This document shows, one piece after another, positions 27,239 through 38,927 of a stretch of 64,000 bases of DNA (position 1 is its first letter; each line of letters opens with the position of its first letter). Origin of the DNA: an uncultured Clostridia bacterium. GTDB lineage: Bacteria; Bacillota; Clostridia; Christensenellales; UBA1242. Under the pieces are notes generated by a model. That model made no database searches, was not told the DNA's origin, and saw nothing but the letters and a program-made list of their open reading frames with translations. Location: contig CALWGY010000004.1 in NCBI GenBank assembly GCA_944380265.1, forward strand, positions 44,769-108,768. Reading direction: 5' to 3'. Both the position numbers and the translations under genes were made by a program.

Positions 27239-28129
27239 ATGAAAATTGGTTTTATTATTCCATTGCTTGACGAATATGACATTGAAAAAGGTTACAACAC
27301 AATTGCAAAGGCTTGTTCCGATTGCAGTGTTGATTTTGATGTTATTTTTGCACTAAACTCTAAATTAAGTGCAGTTTTCACAAAAATTAGAAATGTTTTT
27401 GTTGAAACCAAAGCTGTTAAAGCATTTATGGTTGACAGACCTTGCGACCACTATAAGCTAATAACTCTTGCAATGGAAAAATGTGAAGAATATGATGCAA
27501 CAATAATTTATTCTGGAAAAGAAGAAATTAATGCCGATGTTATTAAAGCTTTTATTACCAGTTATGAAGCAGGCAACAAAATTGTTTATCTTAAAAAGGT
27601 TTACAGAGGCTTTAAGAAAATTGTTGCAGGATTTAAGGCAATGTTTTACAAACTTGGCGTTAAACTTTTAGGTGTGTTTAAAGATATTAATGCCGAAACC
27701 GACATTCAGCTTTTAGATGCTGATGTTGTTAAAACAATTAATCAGTTGCCAGGCAAAAACCGACAACTTAGAACCCTAGATTCGCTTTTATATTACACAA
27801 CTGACATAATTCATTTGGAAGTTGATTCAAAAGAAGTTATTAATCCAAATTACACCGTTAAAGACAAATCTTATGTTAAAAATGCAGTTGTTGCATATTC
27901 AAGTTTGGGTGTGGGTTTAATTTCTGCTATTTTAAGTATTGTTATTTTAAGTGTTAAAATTAGATGGCACTATTTAATCCATGTTGGTTTGTGGTTATTG
28001 TTTTTGGTGGGTATGGTGTTGTTTTTGGTGTTTAACACCAGAAAAACATTAACATACAGAGCTGGCACATATGTTGAACCAAGTGAATTTGTTTCGCTAA
28101 AAGATAAAATTGAATACTACAATATGTAA
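27239..28129 (+). CDS. Glycosyltransferase-like protein with C-terminal TM helices (divergent GT2/GtrB-like)
   Basis: The N-terminal IIPLLDE..FDVIFALN layout resembles a GT-A fold, and two C-terminal TM helices are present. No clear DxD motif was verified. Confidence 0.35.
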   Translation: MKIGFIIPLLDEYDIEKGYNTIAKACSDCSVDFDVIFALNSKLSAVFTKIRNVFVETKAVKAFMVDRPCDHYKLITLAMEKCEEYDATIIYSGKEEINADVIKAFITSYEAGNKIVYLKKVYRGFKKIVAGFKAMFYKLGVKLLGVFKDINAETDIQLLDADVVKTINQLPGKNRQLRTLDSLLYYTTDIIHLEVDSKEVINPNYTVKDKSYVKNAVVAYSSLGVGLISAILSIVILSVKIRWHYLIHVGLWLLFLVGMVLFLVFNTRKTLTYRAGTYVEPSEFVSLKDKIEYYNM

Positions 28130-28181
28130 AAACCAAACGCACCACTTTTTTAAGTGGTGCATAGTGTTTAAGGATTAGGTT

Positions 28182-30128
28182 ATGGATTTTTTTAATAATG
28201 AGCAAGATAATTCAAAACGTAATGAACAATTGCTTGATATAATAATGGAAGAGCATAAACGTAGGGAAAAGAAACATAACATAAACAAAGGTTATTTACT
28301 TAACAAAAGAACAGGGAAAGTTTCAAATCCATTTGAACGTGACCCTAAACTGGAAGAAGATAATTCAAAAAATGATGACCGTGATTTTAAGCATGCACCA
28401 GTAAACAGTGGTGCAACAGGCGAACCTGCGTTTGTTGTTAAAGGTGGAACATATCATAGCAACAAAAAAAAGCTTAGTAAAAAATCAATAATAACAATTA
28501 TTAGTTTTTCGGTTGCACTTGTGTTAATTGCAGCGGTTGTTTTTTGTTGTGTTTATTTTTTGTCGGAACACAAAATTAACATTGTTTGTGGAAACAGGCA
28601 AGGAATAACTTTGGTTGATTCAAAAAACAAGGAAATTAACGAAATTTCGTTAAGATTAAACGAAGAAATTTCTTTTAAAATTGTTATTAACAAAAATTAT
28701 TCAAACTCAAATGTTGAAGTTTGGTACAATAACAAAAAACTTGAACCAAACAAAGATGGATACTACACAATTAAATGTTTTGGAAATCCGGCAGATTTAA
28801 GAATTATGGGTGTTGTTGAAAACGATTATAGCATCACTTTTGACAATGGAAATGGTTACAATTATTATGCTAACGCAGAAAGTGGTGTGGTGGATTTGTT
28901 GAACGGACAAACCAAAACAAACTTTTTTGGAAACACATTAAGTTTTAAAGTGTTAGATAAAAATAGTAACATTGTTAAACAACCTTATATTGCGGTTTAT
29001 AGCAATAACACATTATTAACTCCAAACGAATTTGGTGTTTTTGAAGTTAAATTTGATAATGACCAAAACATAACTTTAAAAGACCATAGCCCATATGAAT
29101 ATTTTAAAATTGAAGAAGAAACAGTTGAAGACACAACAACTTACACCATAACAGGATTAACCGAAATGGGCTTAAAATCAAAGGTTTTGGTGTTGCCAAG
29201 TGAATATAACGATGAAGAGTTAGAATATAACTTTGTTGGGTTAAACTATTATCCTAATGTGGAAGAAATAATTTTGCCATATGGAAGTTTGTTAAACCCA
29301 ATTAATTATAATTACTTTAACGATTTACAAAAAATAACCATTAGCGAAAATTCGACTGTTAATGATGGTTATTACACTGAAAATGGATTACTATATTTAA
29401 AAGCAGAAGTTGTTAGTTATGCGGAAGGTGAAAGACAAACACAAACACTAACACAACTTGTTAAGTGTCCAGATGGGTATGGAAAAACCCTTAATGAAGG
29501 TGAAAGAATTGTTAGTGTTAACCCAGATGAAATTTGTAGTTATGCTTTTAACAAGTTAAACTACATTAAAACCATAGAAATTGGAAGCAACACTTTTTCA
29601 ATTCAACCACTTGCATTAAAATCAACAAATTCAAGCAATACTTACACAATTAATTTTAACAACAACACACATTTTAAAGTTGTTAACAACATAATTTATT
29701 CCTATGATGAATCGGAAATTGTGGCTGCACCATTTTACAGTGGAGAACTAACAATTCCGAGTGGAAAAACAATTTTGGAAAATGCTTTTGCATTTAGTGG
29801 TTTAACATCATTAAAATTTGAAAGCACTGCAACACTTTCATCTGGTGCACTAAGCCTTATGGAAGAATTAAAAACAATTGTTATGCCTTCTAACGTTTCA
29901 GAACTTACCACAAACATGTTATTTGGAAACATTAGCCTAGAAACAATTGATTTAAGAAATGTTAGTGGAGTTATTACAATTTCAAACAACACAATTGAAA
30001 ATTGGTTGATTGTTAAAAACATTGTGGTTAAAGATGATCAACTTGAAAATTATTTAACAACATATGCCGATGCTCCGTTTGTTAACATGTTTATTAGTGT
30101 AACAGAGTTTGACAATCAAAACAGTTAA
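28182..30128 (+). CDS. Membrane-anchored surface protein with BspA-type leucine-rich repeats
   Basis: Charged N-terminus, one TM helix (IITIISFSVALVLIAAVVFCCVYFL), and C-terminal repeats of the type I..YAF....L..I.I......I...AF. Confidence 0.6.
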   Translation: MDFFNNEQDNSKRNEQLLDIIMEEHKRREKKHNINKGYLLNKRTGKVSNPFERDPKLEEDNSKNDDRDFKHAPVNSGATGEPAFVVKGGTYHSNKKKLSKKSIITIISFSVALVLIAAVVFCCVYFLSEHKINIVCGNRQGITLVDSKNKEINEISLRLNEEISFKIVINKNYSNSNVEVWYNNKKLEPNKDGYYTIKCFGNPADLRIMGVVENDYSITFDNGNGYNYYANAESGVVDLLNGQTKTNFFGNTLSFKVLDKNSNIVKQPYIAVYSNNTLLTPNEFGVFEVKFDNDQNITLKDHSPYEYFKIEEETVEDTTTYTITGLTEMGLKSKVLVLPSEYNDEELEYNFVGLNYYPNVEEIILPYGSLLNPINYNYFNDLQKITISENSTVNDGYYTENGLLYLKAEVVSYAEGERQTQTLTQLVKCPDGYGKTLNEGERIVSVNPDEICSYAFNKLNYIKTIEIGSNTFSIQPLALKSTNSSNTYTINFNNNTHFKVVNNIIYSYDESEIVAAPFYSGELTIPSGKTILENAFAFSGLTSLKFESTATLSSGALSLMEELKTIVMPSNVSELTTNMLFGNISLETIDLRNVSGVITISNNTIENWLIVKNIVVKDDQLENYLTTYADAPFVNMFISVTEFDNQNS

Positions 30129-30312
30129 ATGAACTTGCTAGCAAGTTCATTTTTGTTGTCTAAGCCCCCCAGATAGTCTGGGGTTACTCCAAAATGAAAA
30201 ATCACCAGTAAAACTAGTGGATTTTTATTTTTTAAGCATATATAAATTTGATGATTGGTTATAAAACAAAAAATTTAGGTTAAAATTTTATTAATTTTTT
30301 AAGGAGTTAAAC

Positions 30313-31419
30313 ATGACAGAAAAACAAAAATTGGCGGAAAGAATTGTTAAATATTCATTAAATGTAAAACCTAACGAAAAAGTTTTGGTTGAATACAGCG
30401 ATTGTGAAACTGATTTTTTAAATTTGTTACAACTAGAAATTTTTAAAGCAAAAGCATATCCGTTTTTTAAAGAAATTAACAGAACTTTTAGAAAAAACGA
30501 ACTGGAATTTGGGTCGGAAGAATTTTTTGAAAATATGGTTAAACACGACAAAATTTTGTACGGAAACATGGACTGTGTTGTGCTTATTTTGGGTAGTAAC
30601 AACATTTTTGAATTTTCGAATGTTAATGCAAAAAACAAGGCACTTTTTGAAAGTGTTTACACAAAACAAATTCAAATTGACATAAGGCTTAAAAAACGTT
30701 GGGTGCTTTTAAGGTGGCCAACTGCAAGTTTTGCACAACTTTCAAAAATGGGAACAAAAGAGTTTGAAGAATACTTTTTTAATGTTTGCAATTTAAACTA
30801 TGAAAAATTGCACAAAGCAAGCGAAAAACTTAAAAAATTAATTGAAAAAACCGACAAAGTTAAAATTGTTGCACCAAACACAAACCTAACTTTTTCAATT
30901 AAAGGCATGCCTGCAATAATTTGCAGTGGGCAGTGTAACTTGCCAGATGGCGAAGTTTACACAGCACCAATAAAAAACAGCATTAATGGCGAAATTATGT
31001 TTAACATTCCATCAATGCAAAATGGCTTTAAATTTAAAAAAATCTGGTTAAAATTTGAAAACGGAAAAGTGGTGGATTTTAATTGCAACAATAATAACCT
31101 ATTAAAAACAATTTTAAATTTAGATGATGGAAGCCGTTATGTGGGGGAATTTGCATTTGGCATTAATCCACATGTTAAAACCTTTATTAACGACATTTTG
31201 TTTGATGAAAAAATGTGCGGAAGTTTGCATATGGCACTTGGCAATGCATATGACGATTGCTTTAATGGTAACACAAGTGCACTTCATTGGGATTTAATTT
31301 TAAACCAATTTTCTAGTTTTGGTGGTGGCGAAATTTGGTTTGATGGGGTTAAAATTAGAGAAAATGGACTGTTTATATTACCTGAATTAGTTGCACTAAA
31401 TCCTGAAAACTTGATATAA
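30313..31419 (+). CDS. M29-family (AmpS/PepS-type) aminopeptidase
   Basis: The N-terminus KLAERIVKYSLNVKPNEKVLVEYSD and the C-terminal GEFAFGINP..HMALG blocks are typical of thermophilic-metalloprotease M29 aminopeptidases. Confidence 0.75.
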   Translation: MTEKQKLAERIVKYSLNVKPNEKVLVEYSDCETDFLNLLQLEIFKAKAYPFFKEINRTFRKNELEFGSEEFFENMVKHDKILYGNMDCVVLILGSNNIFEFSNVNAKNKALFESVYTKQIQIDIRLKKRWVLLRWPTASFAQLSKMGTKEFEEYFFNVCNLNYEKLHKASEKLKKLIEKTDKVKIVAPNTNLTFSIKGMPAIICSGQCNLPDGEVYTAPIKNSINGEIMFNIPSMQNGFKFKKIWLKFENGKVVDFNCNNNNLLKTILNLDDGSRYVGEFAFGINPHVKTFINDILFDEKMCGSLHMALGNAYDDCFNGNTSALHWDLILNQFSSFGGGEIWFDGVKIRENGLFILPELVALNPENLI

Positions 31420-32508
<1,089 letters not shown>

Positions 32509-32614
32509 AAATTAAAAACAGATTTTATAAAACTTAAAAAAACACTACAAATTTTTAATGTAGTGTTTTTTTAGTATTTTAAATTTTAATTATTAAACAT
32601 TAATTGTTATAATT

Positions 32615-32914
32615 CTAGTTTTCGTGATAAATAACTTCTTTGCCTTTTTTTAATGCATAATTAATTTCATTTTTTGTGGAGTTTCCAACATAGCCACCAA
32701 TGTTAACCACATAAATTGCGTCACTTATGTCAATTTTTTTAAAGTGAGCGTTAACAATGTTATTCATTTCTTTTTCGGTTGTTGTTTCTGGGGCTATATC
32801 ATAAACGCATTGAATAACACACCAACCATATTGTTTTTCCAAATCGCTTGCAATTTTTATCATTTGTTTTTCAAATTTCATGCTTCCGCAAATTGTAACC
32901 ACTTTAATTTCCAT
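32615..32914 (-). CDS. 99-aa protein, possibly nucleoside 2-deoxyribosyltransferase-like fold (tentative)
   Basis: AAGGAG lies 5 nt upstream of ATG 32914. The ICGSMKF..DAIYVVN..GYVGNST..EI.YA pattern resembles small NDT-like Rossmann proteins. This was not verified. Confidence 0.3.
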   Translation of the reverse strand: MEIKVVTICGSMKFEKQMIKIASDLEKQYGWCVIQCVYDIAPETTTEKEMNNIVNAHFKKIDISDAIYVVNIGGYVGNSTKNEINYALKKGKEVIYHEN

Positions 32915-33107
32915 AATTGCTCCTTTGTTAACTAAAATCAATATATCACATAAAAATTATAATTAAAAATAATTTATAACAAAACTTTAAATTATTAGCA
33001 TTAATAATTTTGCTGAACTAATAAAAGTTATTAATATTTGTTATTATGGTGTTTAATATTTGTTAATTTTATGTTATAATTAAAAAGTTTTAAGGAGTAT
33101 GATAAGT

Positions 33108-33605
33108 ATGAAGTGTCCTATATGTGGTGCAAAAATGGTGGACGGAAAAGTTTGCAAATATTGCAGTGTTACTTCCGACCAAGTTTTGCAGGCTAGCAAT
33201 AAAGAAGCAAAAAAAGCTTTTAAAGAAAAACGACATAAAGATGTTTGCTACACAACAAACATGCCAAGCGATGTTAACAAAACAAAACTTGTTTTGCTAA
33301 CTGTGTTTTTGGGTTGGTTTGGCGTTGGTGATTTTTATGTTGGAAAAAACATTAAGGGCAGTTACTGTGCTGTAAGTTTTGGACTTGCCATAATTGCAGC
33401 CATTTTTAATTATTTGGCAACTTATCATGGACTGGGCGGAAAAGAAGTTATTAATGTTTTTATGAGCATAACATCATATTTGATGGTGGTTAACTTGCTG
33501 TTTTGGGCAGCAGACATTGTTGGCTTTATTTTTAAAACCTACAAAGTTCCAGTGATACTACCAGAATCGGAAGTAAAAATTAAACATCACAGCATAAAAA
33601 AATAG
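33108..33605 (+). CDS. Zinc-ribbon plus TM2 domain membrane protein
   Basis: CPICG..CKYC zinc ribbon, then LLTVFLGWFGVGDFYVGK, which is typical of TM2 domains. An RBS is correctly spaced for the ATG at 33108. Confidence 0.65.
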   Translation: MKCPICGAKMVDGKVCKYCSVTSDQVLQASNKEAKKAFKEKRHKDVCYTTNMPSDVNKTKLVLLTVFLGWFGVGDFYVGKNIKGSYCAVSFGLAIIAAIFNYLATYHGLGGKEVINVFMSITSYLMVVNLLFWAADIVGFIFKTYKVPVILPESEVKIKHHSIKK

Positions 33606-33617
33606 TTAGAGGTTAAA

Positions 33618-34694
33618 ATGAAAACAGTTGTTGTTGGAATGAGTGGTGGCGTTGATTCTTCTGTTGCTGCCGCACTTTTAAAGGAACAAGGATATAATGT
33701 TATTGGCTTGTTTATGCATAACTGGGAAGAAGATGATGAAGATGGTTGTTGCACAGCCGCACAAGATTTTGAAGATGTTAGGCGTGTTTGCAACAAATTA
33801 AACATTCCATATTATTCTGTTAATTTTGCAAAAGAATATATGGATAGGGTTTTTTCTTACTTTTTAAGGGAATATGCTGCTGGCAGAACTCCAAACCCAG
33901 ATGTTTTGTGCAACAGGGAAATTAAGTTTGGCCCATTTTTGGAATATGCACTTTCATTGGGTGCAGATTACATTGCAACAGGACATTATTGCGACATTGA
34001 GCACAAAGATGGATATCATTATTTGTTAAAGGCAGTTGACCAAAATAAAGACCAAACATATTTTTTAAATCAGTTAAGCCAAAAACAACTTGAACGCGTT
34101 TTGTTTCCGCTTGGCAAATTAACAAAGCCAGAAGTTAGAAAAATTGCAGAAAAATATGGCTTAAACACTGCTGAAAAAAAAGATAGCACAGGAATTTGTT
34201 TTATTGGCGAACGCAAATTTAGAGAATTTTTGAAAAACTTTATTCCTGCAAAAAAAGGCAAAATTGTTGATTTGTCTGGCAATGTTGTTGGCGAGCACGA
34301 TGGCGTTATGTATTACACACTTGGGCAACGAAGAGGGCTTAACATTGGCGGAAAAAGTGGAACCGAAGGTGGCAGATGGTTTGTTGTTGATAAAGATGTT
34401 AAAAACAACTTGTTAATTGTTAGCCAAAAAGATGAAAGTCCGCTTTATTCAAAAGCACTTATAAGTTACAGCATTAATTGGATTCCAAAAATGCCTGAAA
34501 AAACCGAGTTTAAGTGCTACGCAAAATTTAGATATAGGCAACCAGAACAAGAAGTTAATGTTAAAATTGAAAGTAACAAGGTTTTGGTTTCGTTTGTTAA
34601 ACCACAGCGTGCCGTAACACCGGGGCAGTTTGTTGTGTTCTATGATGACAAAGCTTGTTTGGGTGGCGGAATTATTGAAGAAGTTATTAAGTAA
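33618..34694 (+). CDS. mnmA: tRNA 2-thiouridine(34) synthase MnmA
   Basis: The PP-loop [21 protein letters not shown], and KDQTYFL. Confidence 0.9.
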   Translation: MKTVVVGMSGGVDSSVAAALLKEQGYNVIGLFMHNWEEDDEDGCCTAAQDFEDVRRVCNKLNIPYYSVNFAKEYMDRVFSYFLREYAAGRTPNPDVLCNREIKFGPFLEYALSLGADYIATGHYCDIEHKDGYHYLLKAVDQNKDQTYFLNQLSQKQLERVLFPLGKLTKPEVRKIAEKYGLNTAEKKDSTGICFIGERKFREFLKNFIPAKKGKIVDLSGNVVGEHDGVMYYTLGQRRGLNIGGKSGTEGGRWFVVDKDVKNNLLIVSQKDESPLYSKALISYSINWIPKMPEKTEFKCYAKFRYRQPEQEVNVKIESNKVLVSFVKPQRAVTPGQFVVFYDDKACLGGGIIEEVIK

Positions 34695-34766
34695 AACATA
34701 ACATTTTAAATTTAACAAAATTGTTAATAATTGAATAAACTATGTTAAGTTAATAATTAATTATGA

Positions 34767-34795
34767 TTGACAAATTTGTTTTTAATCATTAAAAT
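34767..34795 (+). promoter_or_regulatory. Sigma-A promoter for the S-box-metK transcript
   Basis: TTGACA, 17 nt, TAAAAT. Confidence 0.55.
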
Positions 34796-34799
34796 TAAT

Positions 34800-34932
34800 G
34801 TACCATAAAGAGTGTGCGAGGGACAGCCCCGTTGACCACACAGCAACCTGGAACGTAATGTTTTAAGGTGCTAATGGCTGTTCGATGGAAAAAATATTAA
34901 CATTTAAATCCCATCGAAAGATGGGATTTTTT
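34800..34932 (+). promoter_or_regulatory. SAM-I (S-box) riboswitch with terminator expression platform
   Basis: The conserved core AGAG..GAGGGAC.GCCCC.UUGA..CAGCAACC...GGUGCUAA is present. UUCGAUGG (34881-34888) can pair with CCAUCGAA (34911-34918) as an antiterminator, or CCCAUC/GAUGGG plus a U-run forms the terminator. The element lies directly upstream of metK. Confidence 0.8.
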
Positions 34933-34966
34933 AATCTTTATGGAATAAGTTTAAAAAGGAGAAAAA

Positions 34967-36058
34967 ATGAAAATTTTAACCAGTGAAAGTGTTAACATTG
35001 GGCACCCAGACAAAACATGTGATGTTATTGCCGATTGTTTTTTAGATGCAGCACTAAAAGAAGATGAAAATTCGCAAATGGCGGTGGAATGTGCCATTAA
35101 AAACAACAAACTTTTCATTTATGGTGAAGCAACAACAAAAGCAAAAATTAACTATGATGAAATTGCAAAAAAGGTTTTAAAGTATGTTGGTTACGATGCA
35201 GAAAATTTTGAAATTATCAAGGAACTTTCGCATCAATCGCCCGACATTAATTCGGCAGTTGTAAAAAACACAGAAATTACTGCAAACGACCAAGGCATAA
35301 TTTTTGGTTATGCTTGTTCCGAAACCGAAAACTACATGCCAAAACCATTTGAAATTGCAAACAAACTTATGATGGAATATGAAAATTTTAGGCTTAACAA
35401 CAAAAACTTTTTTGCTGATGCAAAAAGCCAAGTTAGTGTGGAGTATGAAAACGATAAGCCTGTGCGTGTTAACACAATTTTGTTGTCGGTTTCTCATAGC
35501 GAAAAACTAACTTTGATTGATGTTAGAAATCAAATTTTAACAAATGTTGTTAAACCTGTTTTAAAGCAGTTTAATGCCGAAAACGACAACCCTAAAATTT
35601 TAATTAATGCTGGTGGCAAATTTACAGTGTGGGGTAGTTTTGCTGACAGTGGTTGTGTGGGCAGAAAAATTGTTGTTGACAGTTATGGTGGATTTAGCCG
35701 TGTTGGTGGTGGCTGTTTCAGTTCAAAAAATGCAAGCAAAGTTGATAGAAGTGCGGCATATTATTTAAGATATGTTGCAAAAAATTTGGTTGCAAACCAT
35801 TTGGCTGAAAAAGTGGAACTCCAAATTAGTTATGGTTTTGGGTTAAACGAACCAATAAGTTTTAACATTGAAACGTTTGGAACAGAAAAAGTTGAACTAA
35901 GTAAAATTTATGAAATTGTTAAAAACAATTTTAATTTTAAACCTCAAAAAATGATGCAGGAACTTAAATTAAACAAACCGGTTTTTGCAAAAACTGCGTG
36001 CTATGGCCATTTTGGCAGAGATTTTGAATGGGAAAAAATTAAAAAGTTAAACATTTAA
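34967..36058 (+). CDS. metK: S-adenosylmethionine synthetase (short, divergent)
   Basis: GHPDKTCDVIAD, DQGIIFGYA, DAKSQVSVEY, GRKIVVDSYGG and GGGCFSSKNASKVDRSAAY parallel the canonical MetK blocks, with several substitutions. An S-box leader lies upstream. Confidence 0.8.
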   Translation: MKILTSESVNIGHPDKTCDVIADCFLDAALKEDENSQMAVECAIKNNKLFIYGEATTKAKINYDEIAKKVLKYVGYDAENFEIIKELSHQSPDINSAVVKNTEITANDQGIIFGYACSETENYMPKPFEIANKLMMEYENFRLNNKNFFADAKSQVSVEYENDKPVRVNTILLSVSHSEKLTLIDVRNQILTNVVKPVLKQFNAENDNPKILINAGGKFTVWGSFADSGCVGRKIVVDSYGGFSRVGGGCFSSKNASKVDRSAAYYLRYVAKNLVANHLAEKVELQISYGFGLNEPISFNIETFGTEKVELSKIYEIVKNNFNFKPQKMMQELKLNKPVFAKTACYGHFGRDFEWEKIKKLNI

Positions 36059-36114
36059 AAAAAACAACAAAACTTTTTGGTTTTGTTGTTTTTTATTGAT
36101 TATTTTTAGTTTAA

Positions 36115-37203
36115 CTAATTTAAAACAATATTTTTGCATATGTCAAAAATAAATGTGTTTTTAACTTCATTTTTAACATTTTCAAATGTGCAGTTTTTTG
36201 CATATAATGGAACATTTTTTGAAGTGTGTGACTTTTTTGAATATAAGTTGTTAGAAATTTCAGTTTTATTATTTGCCAGTTTTAATCCACCTGTTTCATG
36301 GTCGGCAGTAATTAAAACTGCTGTGTCATCTCTGTTTAGGGCAAAATTGTAAACAGTGTTTGCAACATCAAAAAGTGTTCTAACTTCACAAAGTGCGGGC
36401 AGTAAGTTTTTCTTGTGGCTAAACTTATCAATGTGTGCACACTCAATCATTAAAACAAAACCTTCTTCATTATCTAAAAATTCAAGAGCAAAATCAACAA
36501 CTGAACTAAGGTTTGTTTGATTAGTTTCTTCTATGTTGTAAATTGATTTTAAATTTTCAATGTTTGCCACAATTTTTTGTGCATTTGCATTATTATTTAA
36601 TTCGGATAATGAATTGCACATAACATAGTTTTCCAACAAAAATTGAGATCTGTATTTTTCATACAAATTGTGTGTTTCACCAACCAACAAATTAATGTTG
36701 CTTGTTACTTGATCAAGCACAATATCTTCCGAGTTGCCCCTGTCAGTTGTGTGGCTAGAAAATGCGGCAGGTGTTGCACCAGTTAAGTTGTCGGTTGTAA
36801 CAATGCCTGTTTTTTTGCCATATTTTATTGCAATTTCCATAATGTTTTCTAAAATACTGTTTCCGTCCATACCAATTTTTCTGTTAGCAACATTAACACC
36901 TGTTGCCATTGCTGTTGCTGCGGCAGCGCTGTCGGTTGTGCCAATTGATTTTGATGAAGTGTTCACTGTGGTTAAATAGTCATTTTCAAAAATTAAATTA
37001 TTAATGTCAAAGTGTATTTTTGCATTGTTTATGTGGTTTTGTCCCATTCCGTCACCAATAATTAGTACAACATTTTTTATGTTATTGTTGGTGATAATTG
37101 TGGGGTCCTTAATATTTTTTACGCAACCAGAAAATGTGAATAAGGTTAATATTAATGTTAAACAAACAAAAAATATATTTGTTATTTTATTAATTTTTCT
37201 CAT
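36115..37203 (-). CDS. Alkaline phosphatase family protein (secreted or lipid-anchored)
   Basis: Signal-like N-terminus with FSGC, VLIIGDGMG, and the active-site block TDSAAAATAMATG. Confidence 0.8.
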   Translation of the reverse strand: MRKINKITNIFFVCLTLILTLFTFSGCVKNIKDPTIITNNNIKNVVLIIGDGMGQNHINNAKIHFDINNLIFENDYLTTVNTSSKSIGTTDSAAAATAMATGVNVANRKIGMDGNSILENIMEIAIKYGKKTGIVTTDNLTGATPAAFSSHTTDRGNSEDIVLDQVTSNINLLVGETHNLYEKYRSQFLLENYVMCNSLSELNNNANAQKIVANIENLKSIYNIEETNQTNLSSVVDFALEFLDNEEGFVLMIECAHIDKFSHKKNLLPALCEVRTLFDVANTVYNFALNRDDTAVLITADHETGGLKLANNKTEISNNLYSKKSHTSKNVPLYAKNCTFENVKNEVKNTFIFDICKNIVLN

Positions 37204-37349
37204 AATTTTTCCTTAGTTATTTTTAATATTATAAATAACAAATAAATTTTTGTGAACTAATTGTTTAAATTTAAACTTTAAATAAAGTTTTGAAATTATT
37301 AAAAAATCAGTGTTAACTTATTAAAAAATTTTTTAAACTAAAATTGTTA

Positions 37350-37358
37350 TGGTATAAT
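37350..37358 (+). promoter_or_regulatory. Extended -10 element TGGTATAAT placed 7 nt before the yigZ ATG
   Basis: TGnTATAAT spans 37350-37358. The ATG is at 37365 and has no Shine-Dalgarno sequence in front of it. Confidence 0.45.
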
Positions 37359-37364
37359 GTTTAT

Positions 37365-37949
37365 ATGGTAAAAACAATTAAAACAAACGAAACTGCTTTA
37401 ACAGAAATAAAAAAATCAAAATTTTTTTCATATGCGTTTTATTGTGAAACTTTGGAAGAAGTTAAAAACTTTTTGGATGGTTTAAAGTTGGAACACAAAA
37501 AAGCAACGCATATTTGTTTTGCATATGTTGTTAATGGTTTTGTTAAGGCAAGTGACAATGGCGAACCACAAGGAACGGCAGGTGTTCCAATTTTGGAAGT
37601 TATTAAAAAACAAAATTTGGAAAATGTTTTAATTTGTGTTGTTAGATATTTTGGTGGAATAAAACTTGGTGCAGGCGGACTTATTAGGGCATATGGCGAA
37701 AGTGCCAAAAATGTTATTGAAAAGTGTGAAATTTGCAACCTTATTAATGCCACACATTACACATTAAAACTTGAATACACACAAGAAAGTGTTTTAAACG
37801 ACCTTAAAAAATTAGCAAATATTTTTTATTTAGATGTTAAATATAATCAAAAAATTGATGTTAGTTTTTATGCAACCGAATTAATTGATTTAAAAAATTT
37901 TGAGAAGTATAATTTAACAAAGCAAGAAAATTTATTAATTAGGAATTAA
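37365..37949 (+). CDS. yigZ: YigZ/IMPACT-family protein
   Basis: IKKSKF..A, KATHICFAY, GEPQGTAGVPIL and VVRYFGGIKLGAGGLIRAYG. Confidence 0.8.
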   Translation: MVKTIKTNETALTEIKKSKFFSYAFYCETLEEVKNFLDGLKLEHKKATHICFAYVVNGFVKASDNGEPQGTAGVPILEVIKKQNLENVLICVVRYFGGIKLGAGGLIRAYGESAKNVIEKCEICNLINATHYTLKLEYTQESVLNDLKKLANIFYLDVKYNQKIDVSFYATELIDLKNFEKYNLTKQENLLIRN

Positions 37950-37950
37950 A

Positions 37951-38559
37951 ATGTCACAAATAACAAAAATTGAAAAACAATCAAAAAACAAAGATAGGGT
38001 TAACATTTTTTTGGATGGTGAGTTTTGTTTGGGTTGTTCGGTTGAACTTATGGTTAAGTTTAATTTGAAGGAGAACAAAGAAATATCTGAGCATGAACTT
38101 GAACAACTTGTTTTTGAAAACGAAAAAAGTTTAGCATTAAAAAAAGCTGTTGAGTTGCTTGGTAAAAACCTAAAAACAAAATCACAAATGAAAAAGTACT
38201 TAAAAGATAAAGGTTATTTGCCACAAATTGTTGATTATGTTTTAGAAAAACTTTGTGAATATAATTATATTAATGATGAAAATTATGCTAAAATATATGT
38301 TAGAAGTGTAAAAAACAAATATGGCAAACTTAAAATTATTAACGAATTAAAAGCAAAAGGTGTAAAAGAAAGTGACATAAATGCTGTTATGGACAGTTTT
38401 GAAACGGAAGAAGAAGTTGTTTTTAATTTGGCAGAAAAATATTTAAAAAACAAAGAAATAAATTTTGAAACACTTTCAAAACTTTACAGGTTTTTAATAA
38501 GCAAAGGTTTTGAATATGATTTGGTTTTAAGTGTTGTTAACAAGTTTAAGGAGAGTTAG
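37951..38559 (+). CDS. recX: RecX-like regulatory protein
   Basis: About 200 aa of three-helix repeat character (KNLKTKSQMKKYLKDKGY...IVDYVLEKLCEYNYINDENYAKIYV), as in RecX. Confidence 0.65.
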   Translation: MSQITKIEKQSKNKDRVNIFLDGEFCLGCSVELMVKFNLKENKEISEHELEQLVFENEKSLALKKAVELLGKNLKTKSQMKKYLKDKGYLPQIVDYVLEKLCEYNYINDENYAKIYVRSVKNKYGKLKIINELKAKGVKESDINAVMDSFETEEEVVFNLAEKYLKNKEINFETLSKLYRFLISKGFEYDLVLSVVNKFKES

Positions 38560-38561
38560 TT

Positions 38562-38927
38562 ATGTTGGCGGTTGGTGTTGATTCAGTTGATATTGTTAGA
38601 ATGCAAAAGTTTGTTGATAATCAAAGGTTTTTAACAAAATTTTTTACGGACTATGAAATTAAATATTGCAACTTAACAGTTAACAAAACAATGCGTTTGG
38701 CTGGGCTGTATTGTGCAAAAGAGGCATTTTTAAAGGCTTTGGGAATTGGCATTGGTGGCGGAATTCCACTAAACGAAATTGAAGTTAATCATGATAAAAA
38801 TGGAAAACCTTTTATAAAACTAAGTGATGCAGCAAAAAGGCTTGTTAACATTATGGGTTTTGAAGATTGGCAAATTAACATAACCCACACCCACACAGTT
38901 AGCACAGCAGTTTGTGTTTTAAATTAA
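38562..38927 (+). CDS. acpS: Holo-[acyl-carrier-protein] synthase
   Basis: GVDSVDIVRM, FT..E..YC, AKEAFLKALG, and the C-terminal ITHT..VSTAV. Confidence 0.8.
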   Translation: MLAVGVDSVDIVRMQKFVDNQRFLTKFFTDYEIKYCNLTVNKTMRLAGLYCAKEAFLKALGIGIGGGIPLNEIEVNHDKNGKPFIKLSDAAKRLVNIMGFEDWQINITHTHTVSTAVCVLN

